A stretch of 64,000 nucleotides of DNA from the sequence record NC_061443.1; one strand, written 5' to 3'. The notes beneath the pieces are model-generated. The model saw only the letters and a program-made list of their open reading frames with translations, did not search any database and was not told the DNA's origin. Position 1 is the first letter of the stretch; each line of letters begins with the position of its first letter. This document shows positions 8,044-18,000 of this stretch, piece by piece. A program made the translations under genes and the position numbers.

Positions 8044-10064
8044 TATCCAAATACTATTTCAGTGATTGCCAGATAGGTCAAATCGTTTGAGTCACCTCTA
8101 TCCCCGCCACCATGATAGTACAACCACACCTCTTCTCCTACAGGTATGTTCGTATCAAACGTAAAGCGCTGGAGAACGTTGGACCTACTCGCTACATCCT
8201 GTTCTGCTCCTGCACCTGCATAGCGCTCATATATACTGATGCCATGCCAGCCTCCGTTTCGACCGTCATACACCCAGTCGAACGTAATGCTCTTGATTGG
8301 TCTAGTGAAGAAGTTGTTCCACTTGAACCATCCACTGGTGCCGCCCCATAAGTTTTTGTAATCACCATCCCAAGCTGTGAGATTGCTTACGTCACTGCTG
8401 ATACCACGCCCGCCAGTCTGGTCAAACGTGTAGCAATACCAAGGGAATGTATCAGATTCAGGAGGCAGCGCACTACCACCAGCTATCGACACGCAGCGAT
8501 AAGGAACCGTGAAGTCACTTACGTTGATATGTGGAGGCTGAATAGGACAGTACACGTAGTACGACCAATCACATCCGATAGGTGCAGTCACGCGCACAGT
8601 GATGTTAGCGCGAAGCACATGCTCAGGGTATTTCCAAAATTCGAGTGTGCCAGTACGTCCTGCAACAACGATAGCCGTATCAAGCAGGTTCATGTTCTGG
8701 TCAAACACTTCGAACTTGGTATCAAACGAGTTCGCCACACAAACAATAAGCTCGGCGCGAATGTCCGTCTGAGTTCCTAATGCAAAATTATCTTCTGTAG
8801 TTGGATGACCGGCAGAGTAAACGCTGTAGCTCTGGCAAGGGTGCATATACTCACGCGCACCGCGTTCACCAGGACAGTACAGGCTGTAGAAGCAACTAGC
8901 CAGTGACGCAGCATTACCGAAGTCTTTACTGACAACACGCACCATGATATCACACGCAACACCCTGAGGGTCGAAGTAGAAGTACAGGTAACCTTCTCCA
9001 GTCTGAGCATCAAGCGTTGTTGCAATACGACGACCTGATTGATAGATCTCAATGAAGTCGAACGTTTCCCATGAGGTGTAGTCGAGATACATCCAGCCTG
9101 CTACCCAACCGATGAAGTGGTAGTATTCGAAAGCGTTAGAGTTCTGAATACGTTCCGTAATCGGCCAGACAGTCGCATGACACGGCGCAGGGAAGATAGG
9201 GCTGCCGATGTAGTCTGGATGAATGACGTCAGGGAAATTGATAACGTCATAAGCAGCCTGACTATCGAGAGCTAACCCACCACGGTCCGAAGGCGCAGCA
9301 AGACGAGGTGGATAGACTTCAAGGCTCCAACCGTAACCCTGCGTTGTGCGCACACGTACCATGATACGCATATCAGCAGCGTCAGGGTCAAACTGGAATT
9401 TAATGCGAGAACGACCTGCTACTTTACCGCACGTAGAAGCAACACGCACACCCATGTGATATACGTCAACACTCGCACCGGCAGGGGCATACGAAGCAAT
9501 CATCAGTTCGACGTAGCCTTCAATAGCAGGCATCGCATAGATTGTCTCTGTCACTACTGCACCACGTCCATGAGTAGACGCGTATGGTACGTTAGGGTTA
9601 GCGTAGGTACCTAAGCCGGAACGAGAAGCAACACCAACAGGGTCGTAAGTCTCGATGGTTTTGATACCTGGGCGATTAATCGATCTACCAGTCGGAGGAG
9701 CAAAAGAATTAACGAGGCCGAAGCCAGTACGACCAGCGTCAGGCAAGTCGAAGCCAGCTGGATAGCCTTTGAGTATGTCATACTTCTCACGACCTCCTGA
9801 GCCAATCCCGTTACCTGAGCCTTTGGTTGTAGATGTAGGACCGCCACCACATGCACCCGTCTCAACGTTCGAACACGGGTCATCATATGTAGGGTCGAAC
9901 GAGTCATCAATTAGATGCCAGCGCTGACCCCACTGATTACGCACACTGAACTTCTCAGGAACTAGAGGAGTCCAGTCACCTTCTGGTGTGCGTATGAACA
10001 TGGGCGTGTCCACACAGTCATGCCAACCGTTATTCGCAGCATTACGAACGCGAAAACGTGACAT
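8043..10064 (-). CDS. virion structural protein with three internal beta-domain repeats
   Basis: 673 aa; three repeats with pattern (V/I/F)(D/E)(V/I)(Y/F)...(K/Y/E)F..(D)P...I.VRV...W..Y.P. Confidence 0.65.
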   Translation of the reverse strand: MSRFRVRNAANNGWHDCVDTPMFIRTPEGDWTPLVPEKFSVRNQWGQRWHLIDDSFDPTYDDPCSNVETGACGGGPTSTTKGSGNGIGSGGREKYDILKGYPAGFDLPDAGRTGFGLVNSFAPPTGRSINRPGIKTIETYDPVGVASRSGLGTYANPNVPYASTHGRGAVVTETIYAMPAIEGYVELMIASYAPAGASVDVYHMGVRVASTCGKVAGRSRIKFQFDPDAADMRIMVRVRTTQGYGWSLEVYPPRLAAPSDRGGLALDSQAAYDVINFPDVIHPDYIGSPIFPAPCHATVWPITERIQNSNAFEYYHFIGWVAGWMYLDYTSWETFDFIEIYQSGRRIATTLDAQTGEGYLYFYFDPQGVACDIMVRVVSKDFGNAASLASCFYSLYCPGERGAREYMHPCQSYSVYSAGHPTTEDNFALGTQTDIRAELIVCVANSFDTKFEVFDQNMNLLDTAIVVAGRTGTLEFWKYPEHVLRANITVRVTAPIGCDWSYYVYCPIQPPHINVSDFTVPYRCVSIAGGSALPPESDTFPWYCYTFDQTGGRGISSDVSNLTAWDGDYKNLWGGTSGWFKWNNFFTRPIKSITFDWVYDGRNGGWHGISIYERYAGAGAEQDVASRSNVLQRFTFDTNIPVGEEVWLYYHGGGDRGDSNDLTYLAITEIVFG

Positions 10065-10073
10065 ACATTCTCC

Positions 10074-10565
10074 TTATGGACGGACCCAGATGGCACCAGC
10101 TTCGATCTCATTGTCGATGGCAGGGTCAGTGTCTTGCACAAAGACCATCACTTTACCTGGGTTGCCGGGAGCACCTGTTGGGCCTATAGGACCAGTAGGA
10201 CCCGCAGGACCTCTGTTACCGACATAGCCCTGCTTGCCTTGATTACCGTCTGAACCACGCGGGCCCGGGCAACCATCAGTACCACGACGACCGTCACCGC
10301 CCATCAGACCATCAAGACCATCTCGCCCGGAAGCACCTACGCCACCTTCAGGTCCATAGCCGATGCTATGAATAGTAGGCAGCCCTGCGATTTGCAGCTT
10401 ACCGATTGTAGGGATGTTCAGTGCGAGCACACCAGTCAGTTGGTCAAACGACCCACTAAGTGTGCTGTAGTCTTCTTCGATATCGACGGACACGCCGCCT
10501 TGAGTCGCTACTACAGGACCAGAAGCATTAGTCTTGAGTAGCGTAATATCAACCTTCTCTACCAT
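10074..10565 (-). CDS. collagen-like fibre protein (paralog 3)
   Basis: 23 Gly-X-Y triplets after the FD..TG.L...GLPT domain; ends in VFVQDTDP...AGAIWVRP. Confidence 0.85.
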   Translation of the reverse strand: MVEKVDITLLKTNASGPVVATQGGVSVDIEEDYSTLSGSFDQLTGVLALNIPTIGKLQIAGLPTIHSIGYGPEGGVGASGRDGLDGLMGGDGRRGTDGCPGPRGSDGNQGKQGYVGNRGPAGPTGPIGPTGAPGNPGKVMVFVQDTDPAIDNEIEAGAIWVRP

Positions 10566-10574
10566 GATTGCTCC

Positions 10575-11207
10575 TTACGGCCAGGTAGTGCCTTGATCTT
10601 TAGTAGGGTCCACCCAGATAGTCCCGGCAGCAACAGCGCCCGGCTGGGTAGCACTTACGATGATAGACAGACGACCCGCAGGACCTGCTGCGCCTGTAGC
10701 TCCGGTAGGACCTGTAGCCCCTGTCTTACCTGTAGGGCCTGTGCCTCCACGAGGGCCAGTAGGGCCGGTAGGACCCATCGGGCCTGTGCGACCATCTGGT
10801 CCCGTAGGACCTACAGGGCCAGGCAGACCATCGCGACCATCTGGGCCAGGAACACCTTGCTCTCCATCAGGACCGATATCACCATCACAGCCTTGCTCGC
10901 CTGCATTACCGTCACGCCCGTCACGCCCATCTTTACCATCAGCGCCTGTCTCACCTCTACCGCCTTGACGTCCTTCAGGGATATCAGAAGCAGTAGGGAA
11001 GCCACTTACTTTGACAGTCTGGCCGTTAGCGAACTTGAGTGTCAAGATACCGCTAGTCGCATCGAACGACGAATCACCTGTCAGTTCAGAAGGTACTTCC
11101 GAGTCGTCAGGGTTGATGGTTAACGTGCCTTGAGAAGCACGAATGGCAGTAGGCGTAGAAGACGCACCAGCTTGAATGAGGCCAGTATTTACTTTAATCA
11201 GACTCAT
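10575..11207 (-). CDS. collagen-like fibre protein (paralog 2)
   Basis: 34 Gly-X-Y triplets after FD..SG.L...GFPT; ends in IIVSATQP...AGTIWVDP. Confidence 0.85.
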   Translation of the reverse strand: MSLIKVNTGLIQAGASSTPTAIRASQGTLTINPDDSEVPSELTGDSSFDATSGILTLKFANGQTVKVSGFPTASDIPEGRQGGRGETGADGKDGRDGRDGNAGEQGCDGDIGPDGEQGVPGPDGRDGLPGPVGPTGPDGRTGPMGPTGPTGPRGGTGPTGKTGATGPTGATGAAGPAGRLSIIVSATQPGAVAAGTIWVDPTKDQGTTWP

Positions 11208-12649
11208 TACGTTTTCTCCGCTTTCGCAACAATATCCGTGTTGTGTACAAGCACATCACCAACGAAGTAGCAATCGAATGGGTCAACGTCAATATCAACG
11301 GTCTGCACTTGTTCGTCTACACGGCGCATCTCCGATACAGAGACAGGACCCTTGCGACCAAGAACAGTCTGACCCGCTTGCACATCACGCGCAGGAACAT
11401 AGCGCCACACAGCATCGTCGTAAATCAAAACAGGATGTTCGTGCGTGAACTTCTGTCCATTGATAACGTAATAATGATCTTCTTGACCGAGTACGAGAGC
11501 TTTAACAGTCGCATACACGGTTGTGCCCTTGAGACTAGGCGAAGACCAGTTACGAAACTCTTTAGGCTGGTTAGAATAGCCAAGCAGCGCATCACCTACA
11601 CGCAGTTCTTCGACTTTCTTACGGCCAACAATTGTTTCAACGTCAGAGCCATACACGATACAGCCGGATGTTGCAGTGTTGATAGGGTTACGTGCAACGA
11701 CAGTCAACGCAGACTTAGCAGTGACAGTAGGGCGCGACGTTTGACCCATATCAGTTACCAGACAGCTAATGGTGCCTTTGATGATTCGATCAGCACCCAA
11801 GCCCAGTCTCAGGTAGAAGTTAACAATGCAGGTGTTTGTCTCCGTAGCGTCGAGAGTCACACCTTCTGTGGTAGTGATAGTCCATTTGTACTTATACGGA
11901 CCGACACCGCCACGCGCATTGACAGGGAGATACGCCAGCGACGTAAACACATCAGAGCCTTGCACTGTACGTTGACCAACCATATACAGGCTAGACACTG
12001 ACGCAGCAAGAGGGGTTATCGTAGGCAGAGGAGGTGCAGGAGTAACGTTCGTCGTAGGGTACAACCACACGAATACTTTACTATCGAGTGGCTGGGTAGA
12101 CGATAGCACGGCTGTAGTGATAGGCGCTGGGCCAGTGGCTCCAGTTGCACCCGCAATACAGTTAGGACCGTCATTACCGCGCGGACCGATAGGACCCGTT
12201 GGCCCTGTATTACCGTCAGGCCCTGTAGGACCGTCTGGGCCCATGCGACCCGTGTCCCCATCTGGACCGTCGTCGCCGTCTCGCCCAGGATCGCCTACAG
12301 GACCTGTCTTACCCCTATTACCCACACCACCTGGACAACCTTGTCTGCCAGTCTCACCGTCTCGACCATCACGGCCAGGACGACCGGGAGAACCCGGAGC
12401 GCCGCGACGCCCAGGTTTCCCTTCACCAAATACTGATACAGTAGGCAGACCGGGAACGTTAACTAACGTCCCGTTCTTCTTGATGAAGACCAACACACCT
12501 GTCTTGCTGTTAAATCTTACGCTGGCGAGCTGTGTTAGTGTTGCCACATCGGAGTTTTCAAACTGAACACCTCCGTCAACGCCGACTAAGGATTTACCCT
12601 CGTCATTCTGCGTTGTTTCGATTTGCGAAAGTTTTAACTGTGTTGTCAT
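11207..12649 (-). CDS. collagen-like fibre protein (paralog 1) with C-terminal Hint (intein-like) domain
   Basis: 29 Gly-X-Y triplets, a beta-rich middle domain, then C(IVYGS)...FTHEHP...VDIDV...LVHN/T, the intein block A/B/F/G pattern, at 11240-11662. Confidence 0.8.
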   Translation of the reverse strand: MTTQLKLSQIETTQNDEGKSLVGVDGGVQFENSDVATLTQLASVRFNSKTGVLVFIKKNGTLVNVPGLPTVSVFGEGKPGRRGAPGSPGRPGRDGRDGETGRQGCPGGVGNRGKTGPVGDPGRDGDDGPDGDTGRMGPDGPTGPDGNTGPTGPIGPRGNDGPNCIAGATGATGPAPITTAVLSSTQPLDSKVFVWLYPTTNVTPAPPLPTITPLAASVSSLYMVGQRTVQGSDVFTSLAYLPVNARGGVGPYKYKWTITTTEGVTLDATETNTCIVNFYLRLGLGADRIIKGTISCLVTDMGQTSRPTVTAKSALTVVARNPINTATSGCIVYGSDVETIVGRKKVEELRVGDALLGYSNQPKEFRNWSSPSLKGTTVYATVKALVLGQEDHYYVINGQKFTHEHPVLIYDDAVWRYVPARDVQAGQTVLGRKGPVSVSEMRRVDEQVQTVDIDVDPFDCYFVGDVLVHNTDIVAKAEKT

Positions 12650-14985
12650 TTCGGTTCAACCTTAATGCACAAGTTACCAGTTAGCTTCGAACCGTAGCTA
12701 GTGATCTGCGAATCGGTGATGCGCACCTTAGCGACGATATCAATGAAGCCCTGCGGCTGGTTCTCAATCAGTACAGTGAACATTTGCGTAAGGCTAACGT
12801 TTGAATAAGCAATCACTTCTGTCAGGCTTGCATCAGAAGTAACAACGTTGAACCCTGCGCTGCCCGTACCTTTAAGACCACGACCGTATTCAGCTTCTGC
12901 CGTGCCTGGGATTTTGAATGACAGGACATACTCGATATGCTCTTTCCCGCTGGTGGCCGCAAAGCCAGGACCCAGTTGACACTGGAAGTCAGCGATACAA
13001 GTAAGCATCACACCCTTCGAGAAGTCGATTCGCTGAGTGATTGTCAGCTCCTCTGAATCCGATACAGTCTGGTGTATGTTGAACATGTTCTTCGGGTCAG
13101 CTTCTTCGGCGAGTGCCTGAGTATTGCTGATCGTAATCTCCGGCCACGTACCTTTAATCAGAATACCTTCACCCTGAATGATAGCGGGCGCAGCGATAGG
13201 CACGTCAATCGGAGGCAGACCTTGACGCTTAAACATGTAGCCTGTTGGAGTAGGGATAGCGTCGATGATAACACCATCAACAGAACTATCTTTCGAGCCT
13301 ACTGCCATGACGTTCTCGAAGATTGTGATCTCAACGAGCGTGTCAGCAGGAACAGGTGACGATGTTTTCAACGCATTACCCGCGACAGTAAAGTCCATAG
13401 GGTGTACAGTCAAGCCGCCCATAGCCATAACGCAGTGCGCTTTATTCAGAGGCGTAGTTGGCAGAACAAATGTATCAGCATCATAAGGCAGGCGATACTG
13501 AGCAACACGAATACGAGTAGACCAGTTGGCTCGTTCTTCATAGCGGGCCACATAGAATGAATAGCGTTGACCAGACGGGATAGCTTCGGTCAGCGTTACC
13601 TTGTTACCTGCGTTGAGTTTGTAGACAGTTGTTGGCTGCCACGTACTCCCCACAACACAGAAGACCATATCAACGCTATCAATCGGTTTGTTGCCGAGAG
13701 TAAACGTTGTAGTCTGTCCGTCACCTGTACCTTCGTATGTTTCAAACAGGACGACATGACCTTGAGAAGGCTCGATGCGGAACTGTCTTAGATCAAGCGA
13801 CATACGCTGTTCAGGGAACGATGAAAGCAGAAGCTGGTCATCGACAACGCTGTACGCGGTGCGAGGCTGTAGGACACCTGACGTGCCGACGAATAAATCA
13901 GTCGAGCTATCAAGGTTCTCCGACAGTGTGTAGCGCATCTTGTCAGGAGTTGCAGTTGTCACGACAGAACTAAACAGCATCTTGCCTGGAGGTACAAACA
14001 ACGTCGCAGTAGTCTGACGGGTAGACCCACCAACAGGTGCCCAGTAAGGTTTGTTATCCTTACCGCGCATCAGCGCCCAAGTGTCAGGCACCTCATTGTT
14101 GTCAGGCCAAGGCAGACCCGCAGAAGGCGTAGTCGGGTTAGTGATTCGACGCCAGATAGCGATAGTCGTTTGAGCAGAGATGAATGGGATAGCACCGTCT
14201 TGGTTTACAAGCTGTCCGCCTATGTATTTGAAGTGACGACACGCACCTGCTCCAGTTCCTGCGATTGTCTGAATGAGTACAATCTCATTCTCTTTAAGAA
14301 CACCAGCAAGGCTAGCAATCTTAAACGTGTTAGCGTTGATGAAACCAGCAGTCGTGATCTGACCACTGAACAAACGGTCGTGCTCGCTGAATCCCCAATA
14401 ATAGGAACCAGCACCGTAACGGTAAGCAACACCAGGAGATTTAGAGCCATCCGAGTTAACGTGCATATCAAGTACCGACACGGCATTGAACACGTTATCT
14501 TTTAAGCTCGGCAGATTCTCAAGCGTAGCCACACTCGGGATAGAAGTGTAGTCTGCCATTTTAACAGCAAGAATCTTTTGAATGTCCTGCTGGATATGTA
14601 CGAGCAAGCTCACGCGACTGATACCGTTCGGCACAGCGATGATAGGCTCTTCCAGAACAACGTGCCCAAAAGGACGGTTGTCAGAGAGCATGATCAACAG
14701 CTCACCTACACGCTTCATCTGTTCGCCAGCGACGTAGTTGATTTTAATATCGAAGACAAATCGGGCACTGTTCTCGGTAAGTACCTGAACATAGGACAGG
14801 GCGCCCGACGCAAGCTCGTTGCCAAGTAACTGCTCTGGAACCACTGATGGGTTTGAGCCTACAAAGTCACCTGCTTTAAACGACACTGGCTGAACTGCTA
14901 GTCCGCCAGAGTTAGCGTTCGCAACGGCCTGTTCTCCCTGAGGCGTTAAACGCAGAGCGTCAACGTAGATAGATTCAGTGGCCAT
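12646..14985 (-). CDS. baseplate-attached tail fibre / tail-collar fibre protein
   Basis: N-terminus LTPQGEQAVANANSGGLAVQPVSFKAGD resembles the P2 gpH-type N-terminal (DUF3751-like) region; repeated GDG.TT.F.L...P modules. ATG at 14985 has an AAGGAG RBS (ORF track starts at TTG 14988). Confidence 0.6.
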   Translation of the reverse strand: MATESIYVDALRLTPQGEQAVANANSGGLAVQPVSFKAGDFVGSNPSVVPEQLLGNELASGALSYVQVLTENSARFVFDIKINYVAGEQMKRVGELLIMLSDNRPFGHVVLEEPIIAVPNGISRVSLLVHIQQDIQKILAVKMADYTSIPSVATLENLPSLKDNVFNAVSVLDMHVNSDGSKSPGVAYRYGAGSYYWGFSEHDRLFSGQITTAGFINANTFKIASLAGVLKENEIVLIQTIAGTGAGACRHFKYIGGQLVNQDGAIPFISAQTTIAIWRRITNPTTPSAGLPWPDNNEVPDTWALMRGKDNKPYWAPVGGSTRQTTATLFVPPGKMLFSSVVTTATPDKMRYTLSENLDSSTDLFVGTSGVLQPRTAYSVVDDQLLLSSFPEQRMSLDLRQFRIEPSQGHVVLFETYEGTGDGQTTTFTLGNKPIDSVDMVFCVVGSTWQPTTVYKLNAGNKVTLTEAIPSGQRYSFYVARYEERANWSTRIRVAQYRLPYDADTFVLPTTPLNKAHCVMAMGGLTVHPMDFTVAGNALKTSSPVPADTLVEITIFENVMAVGSKDSSVDGVIIDAIPTPTGYMFKRQGLPPIDVPIAAPAIIQGEGILIKGTWPEITISNTQALAEEADPKNMFNIHQTVSDSEELTITQRIDFSKGVMLTCIADFQCQLGPGFAATSGKEHIEYVLSFKIPGTAEAEYGRGLKGTGSAGFNVVTSDASLTEVIAYSNVSLTQMFTVLIENQPQGFIDIVAKVRITDSQITSYGSKLTGNLCIKVEPK

Positions 14986-15014
14986 CAAAGAACTCCTTGG
15001 GTTTTAACTGTTCT

Positions 15015-15022
15015 AAATTAGC
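15015..15022 (-). promoter_or_regulatory. GCTAATTT motif, putative late promoter
   Basis: Lies between a terminator (15030-15068) and the ATG at 14985. Confidence 0.5.
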
Positions 15023-15029
15023 GTAAATG

Positions 15030-15068
15030 AAAAAGGGAGCCAGGAACAAGCGCTCCAGACTCCCTTTA
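15030..15068 (-). terminator. intrinsic terminator
   Basis: AAAGGGAG...CTCCCTTT stem followed by TTCATTT, directly after the stop of 15071..19606. Confidence 0.7.
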
Positions 15069-15070
15069 TT

Positions 15071-18000
15071 TTACTGATAGCGCACGGTGATTACGGCTGT
15101 ACCGAATGCACGGGCGTTGGTGCGATAAATCAAGACGTTTTCAGTCAAGTTATCGTACACGATTTTACCCACGATAGGTCCTTTCTTTCCGTTATCTCCA
15201 GTGACAGGCCACTGAGCACCATCGAACCCAAGCCATGCTTTATTCACAACACCAGCACTGTCTGCTGCGGCAGCGAATACAGCCTCTCCGTATGACTGTC
15301 TAACAACAAAGTAACCGTATTCATCTGTCTTGGTAGACAACACGAACTGGCCACCCACGTTAGACCGCAAGCGAGTAGGCAACTGAGCAAGTGCGATACT
15401 GACACCAGTAATGCCAAATGGTGCAATGCCGAAACGAGGATAAGAAGACATAGCCTTCATGAAGTGCGTTTGCTGTAGACGTTGCTGTCCTTCGGTATAT
15501 AGAGCTTTCACACCAAAGTCAGTATCGTTCAACAACAGGCCGATGGTCAGGCGCCCAGTCGAAGCGTTGATTGATATGCCTTGCACGTCAACCACATCGC
15601 CTTTACTGTTCGTAATCTGCCACAAGCACTTAGCACTAACATCGTCTTTAACGAACGTGCCAGTACGACCCAGCAGTGCGTTCATCTGCATTGAGCTATC
15701 ATCACGGACGTTGGTGTAACCTCCGACGGTTAAGTCTTGCGGGAAGCCTACGCCAGGACAAGTAATCTCTTGCACCAAACTGATTTCAGTACGCTGCTCG
15801 GTGATGATACATTCAACCTTAACTGTCTGTGGGTCTTTCGATGCAGGGAAACGGAAGGTACCGTCTTGCGCCAAGCTGAATCCACTTACAGACTGGATGA
15901 CGTTCCATTTAAACTTAACCGAGTTCGCATCAGGTAAAGCCGACGAACCACCAGCGCCAGAACGACGTTGATAGTAAGCGATGAAGCGGTAGTCAGTATT
16001 TGGGTTGAGGTTGCCTGCAGGATTCTCTATGTAGCCATTAAGAATCGTGTTCTGCGTCTGCAACTGAATGGTACGAGTACCGGTAATCGTTTCGTCTGCG
16101 AGAGACTGAGGGTTTTGCTTGGTGAATACAGCGCGAAGCCCAATCACACCGTCAGAGAGTTGCGACTGGCCAATGAACAGATGGCCATTGAGGTTATCAA
16201 TAGACACACCGTCCACATTAGTTTCGTCACCAATCGACCACAGTGCATCAGTCGAAAGGAACTCGTCATCAGGGTCGAGGATAACACGCAGCGAGTAAGG
16301 CACGTACCAGCGTCCGTTCTCATATCCGATAGTAGGGTTACGGTCAGACACATCCCACACAACGTCAGGACCTACGATACCAATCTGCCTCAGATACGTG
16401 TTAGCCTGCACGAGGAATACCAGCAGCGTCTTCTCAATCTGATACTGGTCGCAGGTATATCGAGCACGAATCTGCACAGCACCATTTGTGTTTTGTCTAG
16501 GTGTCAACGAACCTTCGGCATCAATCTCTGCAACAATATCTGAGGTCTGTATGAGCACCTGAGAATTGTTTGGACCCTCTTGCGTGTAGTAGTTCTGCAC
16601 TACAGCCCATTCGGAATCCACTTCGAGGTCAAACGTCTTAGGTGTTTCTTCGACATATGAACCATCAAGCGTTCGCATAACGCCACCAGTCTTGTACGTG
16701 TTGACCAGAGTGTACGACTCGGACAGCACATCAGCACTGATTTGCGTTGCACCTTCGATACGACTGTTAATGATGTTGTTCACGCTCTGCTTAGGCGCAG
16801 GCGAAACAATGAGGTCAATCTTGTTACTCACACGGAAGAACGAAGCGATGACCTGCGTATATACATCGTAGTCATACAGGATTTTACCTGTCTGTAGAAT
16901 AGCACCATCGTAATACGCTTTGTCCAAGTCGGCGAGACTGCCAATCGCATTGAACATAGGCAACTTGCTTACGTCCATACTACGGAAGTCTTTGTAGTCG
17001 CTTGGTGTGCGCCCTTCGATGATCTCTACGACAGACGTACCAGAGTATCGTGCAGGACTGAACTGCAAGAACTTGTATTCGTCTGTGTCTTTATCAGGCC
17101 AATTGCCTGTCCACTCAGCAGCAGTCACATACTCCTGAGCACCATCCGCATACGTTGCAAGCAGACGGACGAACGTGCGCGATTTCTCGTACATCGTATC
17201 AGGACACTCAATCGTAATGCTGTCCACCAGAGAACGTGCAGGTATAAGTTGCAGGTCACGGTAGTTATTGAGTGTGTGGCCTTCAAATTCGTAAGTCATA
17301 CTAACACGCGCCGAACCGTGCAGGTCACCCTGGAAATAAAGAGCATACTCTTTCACGCTACGCTTCATTACAGGGTCGTACACATCAATCGTTGAGAAGC
17401 CAACGGACAACGTAACCCAGCGAGCATAATCAGGATGATCAGGGTCGAACTGATTAGGGTCCTGCCCTTGTTCAACTGCTTGTTGCTGTAGACGAATGGT
17501 ACGCGCTCTTGCTTCCTCTTTCGCACTATCAGACGGCATATACTCTACCGTAACAGCAGCAGCGGCGGCATAAGACAGACCATTGTTCCACAGACACAGT
17601 ACAGGCAACATCAACGTCGAACCGCTACTGATAGTAGGCGAACTACGCAGGTCAACCGACTTAGGAATCATGATCGTGTCGTTAATCATGATTGTGCGAT
17701 TGAAGGTCATCGCAGTCGAGCTTTCGATGTAGGTGAAGTTAAGCGCATAAGGCAACGCATCACCATCCACCAGCGGCGCTTCGAACTCACCTGTCTGCTG
17801 GTCAACACGAGGCAGAGCTAACGTGCCTGTCGCAGTGTCCTGACTACTGAACCATATGCCAAACACTTCGGTGTACGCTACGACAATCGCAGGGTCACGT
17901 ACAGCAATTTGGGCAGGAGTAGCAGACGCCAACACATAGAGAGCCATAGCACGAGGACGAATGATATCGCGCTCAACGACCGTCTCAGGGACAACGAGAT

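Noticed and set aside
11240-11662. Hint domain as a mobile homing intein
   Set aside because: No endonuclease domain and not inserted in a conserved enzyme motif; it sits at the C-terminus, which fits a domesticated BIL/Hint module better.
10593-12566. Gly/Pro-rich plus-strand ORFs (including 11243..12001, 252 aa)
   Set aside because: Antisense to collagen repeats, whose periodic codons suppress stops on the other strand.
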